A stretch of 34,845 nt of DNA from Psammoneis japonica. Its lineage: Eukaryota. The DNA is taken from NCBI GenBank assembly GCA_008632985.1, contig QPGO01000136.1:186001-220845 (forward strand), in the 5' to 3' direction. The position numbers were made by a program, and so were the translations under genes. Under the pieces are notes generated by a model that saw only the letters and a program-made list of their open reading frames with translations, was not told the origin of the DNA and made no database searches. This document shows positions 34,786-34,845 of the stretch, one piece after another (position 1 is the stretch's first letter; every line of letters starts with the position of its first letter).

Positions 34786-34845
34786 GCTTCCTTAATCTTC
34801 TATTTTAAAATCATCATCACTATATTCAAACACAAACACCCATGA

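Larger units (their letters stand above)
28620..34810 (+). mobile_element. Near-full-length CRE-clade non-LTR retrotransposon (copy 2): pyrimidine-rich 5' UTR, ORF1, ORF2; 5' limit approximate
   Basis: Strong C/T skew from ~28630; ORF1 from ATG 29374; ORF2 with ZF-RT-CCHC-RLE order; 3' end shared with copy 1 at TTTTAAAA. Confidence 0.92.

Noticed and set aside
12963..34810. The two retrotransposon copies as LTRs of one giant element
   Set aside because: They encode RT/RLE themselves, one is 5'-truncated as expected for target-primed insertion, and they are considerably diverged.

Overview
Eukaryotic DNA, most likely a diatom or related stramenopile (inferred from short GT-AG introns, a bipartite signal-peptide protein and the gene families). 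Positions 1-12,950 are gene-dense: the 3' part of a TyrP-family permease, an S26/IMP peptidase, a DxD glycosyltransferase-like protein, an M3 oligopeptidase, a heat-shock factor and a PIP5K, interrupted by one decayed LRR gene. Positions 12,960-34,810 are a repeat-rich block bracketed by two copies of a CRE-clade (RT plus restriction-like endonuclease) non-LTR retrotransposon, one 5'-truncated and one near full length. Between them lie a 0.5 kb foldback element, a decayed multi-exon gene for a secreted Cys-rich repeat protein, and a ~5 kb long-inverted-repeat element carrying a RecQ-helicase remnant. The most striking signal is mutational: repeats and pseudogenes have lost almost all TpA dinucleotides through TA->TG and TA->CA changes (A->G on either strand), on top of ordinary CpG decay, while neighbouring genes are untouched. 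This resembles a repeat-targeted hypermutation running opposite to fungal RIP, but a long-read basecalling artefact at modified bases must be excluded. All alignments and counts were done by eye.
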